This document shows, piece after piece, positions 9,551-20,630 of a stretch of DNA of 64,000 nt. This stretch comes from Geopsychrobacteraceae bacterium. GTDB taxonomy: Bacteria; Desulfobacterota; Desulfuromonadia; Desulfuromonadales; Geopsychrobacteraceae. The notes under the pieces are model-generated. The model did not search any database and was not told the DNA's origin. It saw nothing but the letters and a program-made list of their open reading frames with translations. The DNA lies in NCBI GenBank assembly GCA_963676795.2, contig CAXXTB010000002.1, positions 1,568,001 to 1,632,000 on the forward strand. The letters are read 5' to 3'. The translations under genes were made by a program, and so were the position numbers. Numbering within the stretch: the stretch's first letter is position 1; the number at the start of each line of letters is the position of its first letter.

Positions 9551-9922
9551 TCAGGATATCCCGTTGATCAGTCCGTTTTGTCGCTGAACGATTCTGCAGA
9601 TGATAGCGCGCAGCTTCTGATTGACGTCCGTCACAAAACGGATCCGTCCGGTTTCAGAACAGAGCAGACAGAGTTCATCGCGGATCTGCAGCATCAGCTC
9701 GGTGAAATAATGCTCCAGTTGCCGCTGGATAAGTAGACGCGTGTCTTCGGCCTCGAGTATTTCGCTCAAAAGCGGTTGCGTCAGTTGTCTGTTGTAGGTT
9801 GCGTTGCAAAAAAGCTGGGCGTGCTGCCAGGTTCTGACCTTGTTGAGGTTCAGCAATATTTTCATAACCAGCAGTTCGATAAGCAGCTCTTTGCTTTCAT
9901 TCAAATCCGTTTCACTTGTCAT
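9551..9922 (-). CDS. hypothetical protein (helical) in vgrG module
   Basis: 123-aa ORF in operon orientation that fills the gap between vgrG and the DUF6484-like gene. Confidence 0.55.
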   Translation of the reverse strand: MTSETDLNESKELLIELLVMKILLNLNKVRTWQHAQLFCNATYNRQLTQPLLSEILEAEDTRLLIQRQLEHYFTELMLQIRDELCLLCSETGRIRFVTDVNQKLRAIICRIVQRQNGLINGIS

Positions 9923-9964
9923 TTTATCTTCTTCTCATTTGGTTTTCGGGCAGCCGGGCTTCCG

Positions 9965-12025
9965 CTAGTTACCGCCGATGCTGCTCCCTTTCAGGTTGAT
10001 CGAGTTTCCATAGATATTGACCATCGGCCCCTTCAGAGTGAGGTTGCCATCGGTTGACACCTGAATGGTGCCGCTCCCTTGTTTGATTGTGACCGGTCCG
10101 CCTCCGTCTCCCAGTAGGCTGATATTTCTGGCTGCCGAGATACTTAACGCCCCGCTGTTGACCTTGACCTGCATGTCTTCATTGCGTACTTCGATGGACA
10201 GGTTGTTGTTGATGTCGACAACCATGTCCTGGCCGACCGTCATTTCGATATTTTCATTCTCCGCGTCGAACTGGATGTTCTCTTTCGCTTTGAGGCGGAT
10301 GTCAGTTGCCGCCTGCATGCTGATTTCCTGGTTGCGGGTCATCAACTGCTGGGCGTTTTCGACAGTGACGAGGTGATCCTTGCCGACCTGAACCGTCTGG
10401 CTGTCGCCCGACTCGATCAGCATGGTCTTCTTGGCGAAGATCTCCAGCTTACCTTCCTCTGTGGCCAGTCGGATCTTGTGGGCATCTCTGGTTGCGTCCA
10501 GGGTCAGGATATTCTTCCGCTCGGCGGTGAATAGATCGATTTTTTCCTGATCGATCCGGTCGTCCATGCAGAGTTCGTTTCCTGATGCGGTGCGGATGAT
10601 ATTCTGCGTGTTGTTGTCACTGGTAACGATGCTTGGCATCATGTCGGTGGACAGGGCGCCGACAACGACCGGGCGGTTGAGGTCGCCGTTGAGGCAGGAG
10701 ACAACCACATCGGTACCGCCGTGCAGAGGGAAGTGCATGCCGTAATCCTGACCACCGTAAGGCTGAACCAGGCGCACTGGGTGGCTGGCTTCGGCCTCTG
10801 CCGTATTGCTACGGTCGAAATCGGTGCGAATATGATAACGTCCCTGGTCATCGAGAAAGGCATATTGGCTATCCTTGCTCTCGATTCTGGCGCTGAACAG
10901 GCCGAGTACCTGAGGGGTCGGCAGCAGATCAGAGCGATAGGGAGTTCCGGCCTTGATCATTTGCATGGTGGCTGTAAAGGTCGCTGCCTTCGAGCTGCTG
11001 CCGTAGGCCTGCGAGGTGGCCTGATCAGCGCGAAAATCGACTGAGATGATCAGGTACCTGCCGTTCAGATCTGTACAGGGGTGTTCCCTGATGGTCAGCA
11101 TGTAGCCGGGTCTGATCCCTTTGCAGTCAGTGACCGCCATAACGGTTGCCCGCCTGACATCGAGTGCTTCGACACGCAGCTGAGCGACCGTTTCTCCCTC
11201 CTCGGTGGTTGTGAAATGATCACCGTAGACACCCTGAACTCCGCAGCAGTAGGCGTTTTCCGAGCTGGATACACTGTTCAGGAACAGTGAGGGGTCCTGA
11301 TCGTTGTAATCATTGAGCTCAACCAGACCGGGCAATAAGGTCGCGGCCGGCGACAGCTGATAGACCGTTTCGATGGTACGTGCCGCACCGGTCTGCGGCC
11401 GGTAGATCAGGCTGTCGATTTCCGGCATGGCGGGACGTGTGCTGCTGTCATCGCAGAAGACAACCTGAGTCTGATCTTCTTCTGCTTCAAAGCAGAAGAA
11501 GATTCCGGCACGGGCGATCAGGCGCTGCAGAAAATCAAAATCGCTCTCAGCGTACTGAACAATGAACGGGTGTTCCGGGTATTCGGCAGTCAGGTCAAGA
11601 CGGAAACTTCTACTGCCGAAGTTGGCCGTGGCAAAGATCTCTTTGATGATATCCGGCGTCGATTTATTGACAAAGACACGGTTTCTTTTGCTGTTCTTCA
11701 ATGGGGCAAGAGGTGAACTGATAACCGTGCGGTAGGCCATATCTCCGGGGGTCTGACCGATATGGAAAAACCGGGTTACCAGGCCGTTGACGTTGATTAC
11801 CGTGCCTCCCCAATAGATTTCAAGTGTAGCACAGTTGCCGATGACAGTGCCGGTATTGAGAATGCTATTGGCTGTGACATCGACACTGAAGCTGTAATCT
11901 CGCGATATGCCGTAGTGACTGCCGGTAAATGCGGTGACACTGAAGCTGTTGTCCGGAACTGTGCGGATCAGCAATTTATAATGACTGGTATTCGCCTGGT
12001 GTTTCAGCGCTGTAATTGCTTGCAT
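9965..12025 (-). CDS. tssI: T6SS spike protein VgrG
   Basis: VQYAESDFDFLQRL..GI, DDQGRY and GMHFPL..GT.VVV..LNGD..RP motifs, with a C-terminal beta-repeat needle. Confidence 0.95.
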   Translation of the reverse strand: MQAITALKHQANTSHYKLLIRTVPDNSFSVTAFTGSHYGISRDYSFSVDVTANSILNTGTVIGNCATLEIYWGGTVINVNGLVTRFFHIGQTPGDMAYRTVISSPLAPLKNSKRNRVFVNKSTPDIIKEIFATANFGSRSFRLDLTAEYPEHPFIVQYAESDFDFLQRLIARAGIFFCFEAEEDQTQVVFCDDSSTRPAMPEIDSLIYRPQTGAARTIETVYQLSPAATLLPGLVELNDYNDQDPSLFLNSVSSSENAYCCGVQGVYGDHFTTTEEGETVAQLRVEALDVRRATVMAVTDCKGIRPGYMLTIREHPCTDLNGRYLIISVDFRADQATSQAYGSSSKAATFTATMQMIKAGTPYRSDLLPTPQVLGLFSARIESKDSQYAFLDDQGRYHIRTDFDRSNTAEAEASHPVRLVQPYGGQDYGMHFPLHGGTDVVVSCLNGDLNRPVVVGALSTDMMPSIVTSDNNTQNIIRTASGNELCMDDRIDQEKIDLFTAERKNILTLDATRDAHKIRLATEEGKLEIFAKKTMLIESGDSQTVQVGKDHLVTVENAQQLMTRNQEISMQAATDIRLKAKENIQFDAENENIEMTVGQDMVVDINNNLSIEVRNEDMQVKVNSGALSISAARNISLLGDGGGPVTIKQGSGTIQVSTDGNLTLKGPMVNIYGNSINLKGSSIGGN

Positions 12026-12048
12026 GAGTTATCCCCTCTGTTTCTCAT

Positions 12049-14730
12049 TCACAGACAGGCGACGGCGGCTACGCGGTTTTCTGCGGCCGTTTCGTCTGCG
12101 ATCAGATCACTGAAAATACAACTGAGTTCTCCCTGGTCGTTCAGTTCGAGACGAATCAACTGCGGCATATCATCATCGGCCATGAACTGCAGCAGACTGC
12201 GCGAAATGCCGGGGAGAAGCTGCTGCTCGATCAGGGTGTGGATCATCCGCGCACCGGTCTCCGGCCGCTGGCAGCGGAAAATCAGGTGTTCGACAACCTC
12301 CGGCTGACAACTCATCTCGATGGCGTGGGCCGCATTGAGGCACTCGGCGACCTGATCGAGACGCTTCATGATAATCGTTCGCAGGCTGTCCTGTTGTAAG
12401 GGGGCCATTGGAACTACCTGGATACGCGCCAGCAGGGCGGCCGGAAAATGCTGCTGCAGAGCTGGCATGACGGTGTTGTACATGGTGACGTAGTCCGGAA
12501 TTTTTTCTTCCGCTTCTTCTGCGCTCTCTGCAGCACTGAAGAGGTCAAGGAGTTCGTCAGCGCCAAGGTTGCTGGTCATGATGATGACAGTGTTTTTGAA
12601 GTCGATTTCCCGTCCTTCGCCGTCGCGCATCAGTCCGCGGTCAAAGACCTGATAGAACATGTTCAGCACGTCCGGATGGGCTTTTTCGACCTCATCGAGA
12701 AGGATCACGCAGTAGGGGCGCTGACGGACCGCCTCGGTGAGGATGCCGCCTTCACCGTAACCGACATAGCCTGGAGGTGAACCTTTGAGCTGGGACACAG
12801 AATGGGCTTCCTGATATTCGCTCATATTGATGGTGACCATGAAGCGTTCACCGCCAAACAGCATGTCCCCGATCGCCCGGGCGGTCTCGGTTTTACCGAC
12901 ACCGCTCGGGCCGGTCAGCATAAAAACTCCGACCGGCCCGCCCCCCTCACCAAGTCCGGATTTGCTGCTGCGCAGAGTCTGCCCTACGGCACTGAGCGAC
13001 GGATACTGCCCGATGATCCGTTCGCTGAGTTTTTCCTCGAAATCGAGCAGGTTGCTGAGTTCGTTTTTAACCATCCGTCCGAGCGGAATACCTGTCCAGT
13101 CGGCGACAACCTGGGCCACGGTCTCCGCGGAGACTTCAGGCTGGACCAGCGGTGCTTTCTCCTGTAGTGCTTCGAGCTGTGCCAGAACCTGCTCCCTCTG
13201 GTGTGGTGCGGCACCAGAGCTGCGCAGCTGCTTGAGCTTTTCGACCAGTCTGACCTCGCTTTGCCAGCGCAGTTCAAGGTCGACCTTTGCGGCGAGAATC
13301 TGGCGTTGCTGGTCTTTGAGCCGGGCAATAACTTTGTCCTCGACAGCAAGTCCCTGGTCCTGTTCGCTTTGCAGGTGCTTCAGCCGGCGCTCAACGAATT
13401 CGAGCTGTTCGCGGATCGTATCGACAGCCGCCGGGGTTGCCGCCTGTCCCATGCCGACTCTTGCCGCAGCCGTATCGAGCAGGTCAATTGCTTTGTCCGG
13501 CAGAAAGCGGCCGCTGATATAGCGGCTTGACAGTTCGACAGCAGCCTCGACGGCGGCTTCAGTGATCAGGACCTGATGATGTTTCTGATAGCGCTCCTTG
13601 AGGCCTCCGAGCATCAGCTTGGCAGTCTCGAGCGACGGTTCGTCGACCTTGACCATCTGGAAGCGACGATCCAGTGCGGCATCGCGTTCAAAATATTTTT
13701 TGTATTCGCACCAGGTCGTCGCAGCCAGAGTCCGCAGCTCACCGCGGGCCAGTGTCGGTTTGAGCAGGTTGGCTGCATCCCCCTGTCCGGCATCCCCTCC
13801 GGCACCGATCAGGGTGTGGGCTTCATCGATGAAGAGAATAATTGGTACTGCGCTGTTACGGATTTCATCGATAACCGCCTTCAGGCGCTTTTCAAATTCT
13901 CCCTTGACCCCGGCTCCGGCCTGAAGCAAGCCAAGGTCGAGACAGATCAGACGGATATCTTTGAGGCAGTCAGGAACGTTTCCTTCAACAATCCGTAGCG
14001 CCAGTCCTTCGACAACGGCTGTCTTGCCGACCCCTGGTTCACCGACCATGATCGGATTGTTCTTGCGCCGGCGGGTCAGAATATCGATCATCTGGCGGAT
14101 TTCATCGTTGCGCCCGAGCACCGGGTCAATATCGCCGCCGCGGGCACGGGCGGTAAAATCGCTTGTGTAGGCGTCGAGGTTGGGAGCTGGGCTTTGCTCT
14201 GCTGCTTTGTTTCCAGCTCCAGGTGCGGTACTGACAGTGGCGGCAGCCGGTCCGCCGCCTTCCTGTGACAACCGGTTCAGTTCAGGATAGCTCCGGATGA
14301 TTTCCTCTGAGCTGATGCCATTGAGCAGCTGCCAGCCTTTGCCCGGCAGCCTCGGTGCCTTCTCCAGCAGGGCTTCGAGCAGTACGCCGGAACGCATCTG
14401 CTCATCGCCGTTGCGCAGTGAACTGATGGTCCAAGCGCGTTCTAACCACTGGACAAGCTGCAGGGATAACGATGGCTTATGCTGATTGTCTGAACGCAGC
14501 CCACTCAGCTGATCAAGCAGCTCCTGCCAGAACTGATCGAGATTGACTTTGAAATGACGCAGCAGCAGATCGAAGTCGCAGTCCCCCTTTTCGAGGAATT
14601 TGAGGACCATATGTTCGATGGTGATATCGTAATGCCCCCGTGTGCCGGCAAAAGCGGCGGCACTTTCAAGGGTGTCAATGCAATATTCATTGAGTTTTTC
14701 AAGCAGCATTTTGATGTGTGTCGGACTCAA
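12049..14730 (-). CDS. tssH: T6SS ATPase ClpV
   Basis: Two AAA+ modules ([18 protein letters not shown]) and [13 protein letters not shown]. Confidence 0.97.
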   Translation of the reverse strand: MSPTHIKMLLEKLNEYCIDTLESAAAFAGTRGHYDITIEHMVLKFLEKGDCDFDLLLRHFKVNLDQFWQELLDQLSGLRSDNQHKPSLSLQLVQWLERAWTISSLRNGDEQMRSGVLLEALLEKAPRLPGKGWQLLNGISSEEIIRSYPELNRLSQEGGGPAAATVSTAPGAGNKAAEQSPAPNLDAYTSDFTARARGGDIDPVLGRNDEIRQMIDILTRRRKNNPIMVGEPGVGKTAVVEGLALRIVEGNVPDCLKDIRLICLDLGLLQAGAGVKGEFEKRLKAVIDEIRNSAVPIILFIDEAHTLIGAGGDAGQGDAANLLKPTLARGELRTLAATTWCEYKKYFERDAALDRRFQMVKVDEPSLETAKLMLGGLKERYQKHHQVLITEAAVEAAVELSSRYISGRFLPDKAIDLLDTAAARVGMGQAATPAAVDTIREQLEFVERRLKHLQSEQDQGLAVEDKVIARLKDQQRQILAAKVDLELRWQSEVRLVEKLKQLRSSGAAPHQREQVLAQLEALQEKAPLVQPEVSAETVAQVVADWTGIPLGRMVKNELSNLLDFEEKLSERIIGQYPSLSAVGQTLRSSKSGLGEGGGPVGVFMLTGPSGVGKTETARAIGDMLFGGERFMVTINMSEYQEAHSVSQLKGSPPGYVGYGEGGILTEAVRQRPYCVILLDEVEKAHPDVLNMFYQVFDRGLMRDGEGREIDFKNTVIIMTSNLGADELLDLFSAAESAEEAEEKIPDYVTMYNTVMPALQQHFPAALLARIQVVPMAPLQQDSLRTIIMKRLDQVAECLNAAHAIEMSCQPEVVEHLIFRCQRPETGARMIHTLIEQQLLPGISRSLLQFMADDDMPQLIRLELNDQGELSCIFSDLIADETAAENRVAAVACL

Positions 14731-14747
14731 AGCTTCCCTCCATGTGA

Positions 14748-15761
14748 TCAGGCCGCGCTGGCCATGATTTTTTCAATCAGGTTATCGGTTTGTGGCGTTT
14801 TTGCTTGATTGTCGGTCTGTTGGCGGATGTTCAGATTCAGTCGGTGGATTTTTCCGCTACAGTTACCGACACAGGTTGTCCAGCCCAGCAGGCTGTTTTT
14901 CGCACCAAGCTGCCTGTGCTGACCAGCTTCAGGCTGTATCAGCAGAATCAGCTTGATGTCGATGGCCGGATCGATATATTTGCCGATCAGTTCGTTGATT
15001 TCTGCCGCTTTTTCGCGCTGTGGAAAAAATGGCTCCGCTGCGCTCATGTTGATCGGTCCGATCTCTATCCTGATCTGGCTGACGACATCGAGAATCTGGC
15101 TGCCGATCAGGCTGTTGTCACCGAGGCACAGGCCGTTGCCGAGTCCGTTGCGCTCATCGACCCTGATCCACTGCGGAACATTCTGCTGAACCCTGACCGG
15201 GTGGCCGAGAAAGTCCTGAAGCAGGTCGGTCAGGGCCTGTGCTCCTTTGATCCGTCCACCGAGAATGCCGCTGTAATCATTGCGCCCTTTATGTTCGGCG
15301 AATCCTGAGATCGCATTCAGATAGCGGTAGAGCAGGCTCTTGCACTCCTTGCTGCTTTCTGCCCGGTTGAGTTTCTTCCAGCTCAGATAGGCAAGCAGGT
15401 ATAAGCGTCGGTTGAACATGTCGAGAAACGCGCGCAATTCCTGGCTGCCGAAGCTGTCTCTGCTGGCGATGTCGTTGAAAAACTGGGGCAGCGGAGAACT
15501 CACCCCGTAGAGCCCGAGGTCATTGAATTCAAGGCGTAGCCTGCCGTTATTCTGAACGCTCAGATGCCGGAGCTGCCCAGCCGGAAAGGTCAGTTCGGCG
15601 GCGGGCGCCAGATCGAGCATGCTGCTCAGTTCTTGTTCCGCATCGAGGCATTCAAAACTCTGTTCCAGCAGGTAAAGCGCCTGAAAGGCCTCAAAGTGAC
15701 TGCAGCCGCTGTAAAGAGCATCGATTATATGAGGAAATTTTCCCCGAGTAATGGATCCCAT
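14748..15761 (-). CDS. tssG: T6SS baseplate TssG
   Basis: FEAFQA, GLYGVSSPLP, AFLDMFNRRL and LGWTT motifs. Confidence 0.92.
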   Translation of the reverse strand: MGSITRGKFPHIIDALYSGCSHFEAFQALYLLEQSFECLDAEQELSSMLDLAPAAELTFPAGQLRHLSVQNNGRLRLEFNDLGLYGVSSPLPQFFNDIASRDSFGSQELRAFLDMFNRRLYLLAYLSWKKLNRAESSKECKSLLYRYLNAISGFAEHKGRNDYSGILGGRIKGAQALTDLLQDFLGHPVRVQQNVPQWIRVDERNGLGNGLCLGDNSLIGSQILDVVSQIRIEIGPINMSAAEPFFPQREKAAEINELIGKYIDPAIDIKLILLIQPEAGQHRQLGAKNSLLGWTTCVGNCSGKIHRLNLNIRQQTDNQAKTPQTDNLIEKIMASAA

Positions 15762-17482
15762 TGATAGCTTGTCCTTGAAGTTAAAAACTGAATGCGGCTC
15801 TGTACGAAGGTGTTGATAGCCACATACATGCTGAAAAAGTGGTGAAGCACTGTGCCAAACAGGTAGCTGTCAGCTTCCGATAAGAACATCTTCTCATCGA
15901 GCGTCAGCCCGATATCTACCCCTTTTAGCATGGCGCCACGGTGAATCTTTGACAGCGGCTGCATGGTGACAGCCTTGAGCGACTGAATACGTTTTTCCGA
16001 CTGCAGCTGATCGCTCCAGTCGTAGAGCGACAACAGCTGCTGCAGCTGTTCGACTGAAGCGATGCTGTTATGGCTGACCGACAGATGGGCGATCAGCGCC
16101 AGCCGGTAGTCGCTGCGTTGCGGCGGCAGGTGCATCTTGCTCGGCCGGGTAATATTGGTCGCGGTGATATGGCTCGGAAAGCCGCTCGCCGGTGACTTGA
16201 TGCTGTCTACTTTCAGATGATTACGGGGAATATCGCCGTTATAGGCCGTGATGGCGCAGCTGATGATATCGTCCTGGTCGCTGAGTGCTCCACCGATCCG
16301 CAGGTAGGTCATCGGGCCGAGTTCTTCGCGAAGACGGTGACTGACCTGATAGTACCTTTGCTTTTTGTCCTGGTAGTTGTAGCGGTGAAGCGGGTTGTAA
16401 ACGGGGAGCATGCCGTCATCCCGTTTGGCACCGCAAACTTCATCGACACTGTAGACCTGAATCGCTCTGGGCAGGTTGTTGTCGGCGACAACATGATATT
16501 CGCTGCGACGCTTATCGACACGGATCGGTTCTCCTGTCTTTTCATAGAGATTGATCGCTGGCACGCAATGCAGCTTGAAGTTTTCGGTCGTGAGGCGCAG
16601 ATCTGCGTCGAGCGGCTCTTTGAGTTCGATGCGGATTTCAAATTCGCTGCAGCGTTCCGGCCAGTTGACGCAATCGAGCTGTTCAATGGAGACAAACTGG
16701 TACTTTTCGCGGAAGCAGAAGTAGTCATGAAGCAGATGGAAACCGACAAATCCGCGTCCGTCAGTCGGTAGCAGCAAGTCGTTTCCCGTGAGGTGACAGG
16801 GAAGCAGGCTGTTCTGCCGGCCGAGACGCTGGGGACGGACCGCCAGTGCCGGAAATGCGATCTGTACCTGAGAGACCTGCGCTGTCAGTGCCCGGTAAAG
16901 CTCAAGGGTGGTCATCGTATCGCCGTGCAGATAAATTTTCAGGTTCTTAAGATCCAGCTGTTGAGCATTGATGTCGTGATCAAACTGAAACCTGAGTTTG
17001 AGCAGCTGTCCTTTGAGCATGCTGTTATCCAGCTCCACCCCGGCCAGACTGAGCGGCTGGAGAATGGTGTCGCCGGTTGTTCTGAAGCGGCAGCTGACCC
17101 ATTCTGAAAATGGAATCAGTTTGCTTTTCGGAAGATTGATGCCGTCGCTGAAGGTCAGGGTCCCTTTGGGAATACAGGTTGTCTCCTTCATCTGCCCCGG
17201 CCGCGGATTGAACTGCATGATCGTGCAGGAAGGAAACGGACGAAGAAAATAGGGGCGGATATGATTCAGCAGGGCTTCAGAAAATTCCGGGATATCGTCA
17301 TCGATACGTCTTTTGACCTCGCCGGTCAAAAACGCCATCCCCTCGAGCAGGCGTTCCACGTAAGGATCCCGGTCTTTGACGTCCTGAAGGTTCAGATGCC
17401 GCGCTTTTTCCGGAAAGGCTCTGGCAAACTCCTGAGCCTCTTCCTGAAGCAGGCGCATTTCCGTGTCAAAGTAGTTACTCAT
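15725..17482 (-). CDS. tssF: T6SS baseplate TssF
   Basis: DPYVERLLEGMAFL, YLRPFPS and LHCVPAINL motifs. Likely start MSNYF at 17482. Confidence 0.95.
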   Translation of the reverse strand: MSNYFDTEMRLLQEEAQEFARAFPEKARHLNLQDVKDRDPYVERLLEGMAFLTGEVKRRIDDDIPEFSEALLNHIRPYFLRPFPSCTIMQFNPRPGQMKETTCIPKGTLTFSDGINLPKSKLIPFSEWVSCRFRTTGDTILQPLSLAGVELDNSMLKGQLLKLRFQFDHDINAQQLDLKNLKIYLHGDTMTTLELYRALTAQVSQVQIAFPALAVRPQRLGRQNSLLPCHLTGNDLLLPTDGRGFVGFHLLHDYFCFREKYQFVSIEQLDCVNWPERCSEFEIRIELKEPLDADLRLTTENFKLHCVPAINLYEKTGEPIRVDKRRSEYHVVADNNLPRAIQVYSVDEVCGAKRDDGMLPVYNPLHRYNYQDKKQRYYQVSHRLREELGPMTYLRIGGALSDQDDIISCAITAYNGDIPRNHLKVDSIKSPASGFPSHITATNITRPSKMHLPPQRSDYRLALIAHLSVSHNSIASVEQLQQLLSLYDWSDQLQSEKRIQSLKAVTMQPLSKIHRGAMLKGVDIGLTLDEKMFLSEADSYLFGTVLHHFFSMYVAINTFVQSRIQFLTSRTSYQWDPLLGENFLI

Positions 17483-17900
17483 CGGGAGTATAATCCTCGC
17501 TGTTTCTGACGTTAATCTGACCGGTCCGGCACAGGGTGACGGTAAAACGCAGACTATTGCCGCCAAGGTCTTTGCCGATCAGCTGAAAATGGGTCATGCT
17601 GCGTCCTGGCTTGATCTCGAAAGCCTGAACCCTCGGCCAGAGCAGACGCGGTTCGTTGGTCTGGACCGCATAGAGAATGCCGTTGATGATCAGTTCTCTG
17701 GTGTAGGGCAGATCGAGATAGAGAGCGGCTATATCGGGCATACCGAAGTCGGGCAGATGGCGTAGTGAATCGCGGCGGCTGTTCAGTAGCCGCTGCAGGT
17801 GTTCGCAGATACTGTTTTTCAGGCGTTGCCGGGCACCGGTATAGGCGATGTCGTCGCTGCTTGCGCTGCTGGTCAGAATGTCAAAAACTGTTTCGGCCAT
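17475..17900 (-). CDS. tssE: T6SS baseplate TssE (gp25-like)
   Basis: SI.EHLQRLLNSR, DFGMPD and EPRL motifs. Confidence 0.9.
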   Translation of the reverse strand: MAETVFDILTSSASSDDIAYTGARQRLKNSICEHLQRLLNSRRDSLRHLPDFGMPDIAALYLDLPYTRELIINGILYAVQTNEPRLLWPRVQAFEIKPGRSMTHFQLIGKDLGGNSLRFTVTLCRTGQINVRNSEDYTPDE

Positions 17901-17927
17901 GTATCGTCACATTCAAATGCAATAGAC

Positions 17928-17954
17928 TGCTCCGGAGGAAAAACCTCCGGAGCA
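17928..17954 (-). terminator. stem-loop after hcp
   Basis: Perfect 11-bp inverted repeat TGCTCCGGAGG-AAAAA-CCTCCGGAGCA. Confidence 0.65.
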
Positions 17955-17960
17955 TGGTGT

Positions 17961-18446
17961 TTAGCGATTCTCTACCCAGGAATCTGAGAAAGAGATGTTG
18001 CCGTCGGTGTATGTCCAGGTGATTTTGGCATAGCGGCAGGCAACTTCCTCGAGGTGAGGATAACGCTCTTTGTCAAGGTCTTTGACGTTGTGCATGGTCG
18101 GTTTGACCGAGGTAATCTTGACGTCTTCGAGAATGTGAGAGAAATACTCTTCCTCTGCACCGGTATCGTTGATACGGTACCATCTCAACTCGATTTTCTT
18201 GAGAGTCTGACCGTTGCTGCACGCCTTGTAGAGGTAAGGGGTCGCGTTGTCGAAAGCTTTCAGGAAAACGAAAGGCTCGTGTTTTCGGGTGCCAGTCAGG
18301 CTTCCGGTGTCACTGTCAGTCGGAATCCGCAATTCATGATCGAAGCCAAGGATTTCAAGAGTTCCTTCGCGTCCGGACACAGTAACCGGACCGTCGATTT
18401 TTGAGCCTTGATCGTCGTAGATTGTCATGTAGCCAGGTATTGCCAT
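17961..18446 (-). CDS. hcp: T6SS tube protein Hcp
   Basis: MAIPGYM..GREG..DTG.LTGTRKH.PF..PYLYKA..GQTL..HLEEV. Confidence 0.97.
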   Translation of the reverse strand: MAIPGYMTIYDDQGSKIDGPVTVSGREGTLEILGFDHELRIPTDSDTGSLTGTRKHEPFVFLKAFDNATPYLYKACSNGQTLKKIELRWYRINDTGAEEEYFSHILEDVKITSVKPTMHNVKDLDKERYPHLEEVACRYAKITWTYTDGNISFSDSWVENR

Positions 18447-18512
18447 TTTTCCCACTCCTTTAGCGGTAGTTATAGTGTGTCATCGACACAGGTTGAAACT
18501 CGCGGGCTCCTA

Positions 18513-20048
18513 TTAGCCATTGTCGCGAGGCATTTGGGCAACCAGCTTGAGCTGTACATCGACCCCCTCAATCTGGAAGTGCGGTTGAGCGGCAAGATCG
18601 ACCCGGTAATAGCCTGGGTTTTCGGGGATTTCGTAAACGGAAACCTTGCCATCGCGTAACGGATGAGTGGCGATCAGTTCCGGTTCCGGATCCTTCATTT
18701 TGGTGACCAGCGTCTGCAGCCATTCGTTCAGTTCGTTTTCCAGCCTTTGACGGCTTTTGGTGGTTCCGATATTTTCCCGTTGCAGCACCTTGAGATAGTG
18801 CGCTAATCGGGAAACAAGGAAGATGTACGGCAGACGTGCATTGATCATGCTGTTGGCATTGGCACCGGCATCTGCGTATTCATGCGGCTTCTGAACCGAG
18901 TTGGCCGAGAAGAAGCAGGCATAGTCGCTGTTCTTGTAATAGCTCAGCGGAATGAAGCCATGATTTGCCATCTCCAGTTCACGCGTCTCGGAAATGAGCA
19001 TTTCAGTCGGCATCTTCTTTTCGTACCCCTTGCCGTTGTCCTGCAGGTGAAGGGGCAGGTTGTCGACCTTGCCGCCTGCTTCAGGGCCGCGGATGTTGAC
19101 GGCCCAGCCGTTGTCGGCAAAGCTTTTAGCAATGTTGCCGGCAAAGGCGAAGACCGGGTTGCCGAACAGGTAGTTGTCATGGTTATCAAGCTGGACATCC
19201 TCTTCGTAATTGAAGGTTCTGACCGGAGTGCTGTCCTGGCCGTAGGGCAGACGCAACAGAAAGCGCGGCGTCAACAGCCCGATGTACCTGGAATCCTCGG
19301 TCTCCCGGAAAGATTTCCAGCGAGTATATTCCGCTTTTTCCATATAGTTGGTCAGGTCGTTGATCTGGCTGATTTCCTCGGCGTCCTTCTTGCCGAAGAA
19401 GCGCGCTCCGACCGAGGCGAGGAATGGGCAATGGCTGCTGGCCGATACCTTGGACAGATCCCTCAGCAGCGAGATGTCCTGGGCGGAGTTATCAAATTCG
19501 TAGTTGCCGATGATCGTCGCGAACGGCTCACCGCCAGGGGTGTCGTATTCGTCGACGTAAACATGTTTGTAAAGGCCGGTCTGGATAGTTTCCGGTGCGT
19601 CTTCAAAGTCATCGATCAGATCGTTTTTGGTGCAATCAAGAATTTCGACCTTGATGTTGCGGCGGAAATCACAGCGATCGATCATGAACTTGAGGCCGCG
19701 CCAGGTGCTCTCGATGCTTTTGAAAGATGGGTGATGAAGCACCGCATCGAGCTGCCTACTGATCGTTTGATCGATCTGGGCAATGTACTGATCGAGCAGG
19801 GTTTTATCGATCTTCTCGACCTGCGACTGGTTCTCGCTGGTCAGGTCGAGAAAAACCTGGATTCCGGCCGTCAGGCGTTCTCCCAGGGTGCTTGTCGCCA
19901 TCTGTTGAGCATCGGCGAAGTGATTCAATTCGATGGTTTTCGTCACCGGGGTGATATCGACCAGCTGACAGAGTCTTGAATATGAATCCAGGCTTTCCGT
20001 GATGTTCTGTGCGGCGGCCTGTTTGGCGTTGGTTGTATGGCTACTCAT
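18513..20048 (-). CDS. tssC: T6SS sheath large subunit
   Basis: HHP.F..IESTWRGL, EYDTPGGEP, IRGPEAGG and RLAHYLKVLQRE motifs. Confidence 0.97.
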   Translation of the reverse strand: MSSHTTNAKQAAAQNITESLDSYSRLCQLVDITPVTKTIELNHFADAQQMATSTLGERLTAGIQVFLDLTSENQSQVEKIDKTLLDQYIAQIDQTISRQLDAVLHHPSFKSIESTWRGLKFMIDRCDFRRNIKVEILDCTKNDLIDDFEDAPETIQTGLYKHVYVDEYDTPGGEPFATIIGNYEFDNSAQDISLLRDLSKVSASSHCPFLASVGARFFGKKDAEEISQINDLTNYMEKAEYTRWKSFRETEDSRYIGLLTPRFLLRLPYGQDSTPVRTFNYEEDVQLDNHDNYLFGNPVFAFAGNIAKSFADNGWAVNIRGPEAGGKVDNLPLHLQDNGKGYEKKMPTEMLISETRELEMANHGFIPLSYYKNSDYACFFSANSVQKPHEYADAGANANSMINARLPYIFLVSRLAHYLKVLQRENIGTTKSRQRLENELNEWLQTLVTKMKDPEPELIATHPLRDGKVSVYEIPENPGYYRVDLAAQPHFQIEGVDVQLKLVAQMPRDNG

Positions 20049-20077
20049 AAGTGTCCTCCTGTATCGCTGGCTTGATT

Positions 20078-20581
20078 TCAGCGCTGGCTGTCATCAGAAA
20101 GAAGTGATTCAAGCTGTTTTCTCAACCCATCGAGCTGAGGCTGGTCTGCGACGATCGCCTCAAGTTCCTTGCGGAATTTGGCATTGTCGAGCAGGTTCGA
20201 TTTGAGATCCTTGAGAAGGTTGCGCATCGCCATCAGGCTGTGCAGTTCAGGAATCTGCTGAGCCACGCGATCCGGGCGAAAATCGTTGATCGATTCAAAG
20301 GATAAGTCGACGCTCATATCGGAACCGTCCTTGGCCAGCTCATTCTGAACTTCGAAGCGGGTCGTCGGTTTCAGTTCCTTCATGACCGATTCGAAGTTGT
20401 TCTTATTGATGTTGATCCGCGCCCGGTCGGCAATTTTCTCTTTTGTCTGGTTATTGCTGAAATCGCCCATAACAAGCATCTTCAGCGGCAGCTCGACCTT
20501 CTTACGCTGCCCGCCGGTTTCGACATTCAGCGACAGGTTGATACGTGCCTTAGGAATCTCTTTCTGGAAGCTACCTTTCAT
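20078..20581 (-). CDS. tssB: T6SS sheath small subunit
   Basis: KKVELPLKMLVMGDFS and DFRPD.VA.QIPEL motifs. Confidence 0.97.
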   Translation of the reverse strand: MKGSFQKEIPKARINLSLNVETGGQRKKVELPLKMLVMGDFSNNQTKEKIADRARININKNNFESVMKELKPTTRFEVQNELAKDGSDMSVDLSFESINDFRPDRVAQQIPELHSLMAMRNLLKDLKSNLLDNAKFRKELEAIVADQPQLDGLRKQLESLLSDDSQR

Positions 20582-20630
20582 AACAATTCTCCTTTGTTAG
20601 AATTCATAGTTAAAAAATTACGTTAACCGT

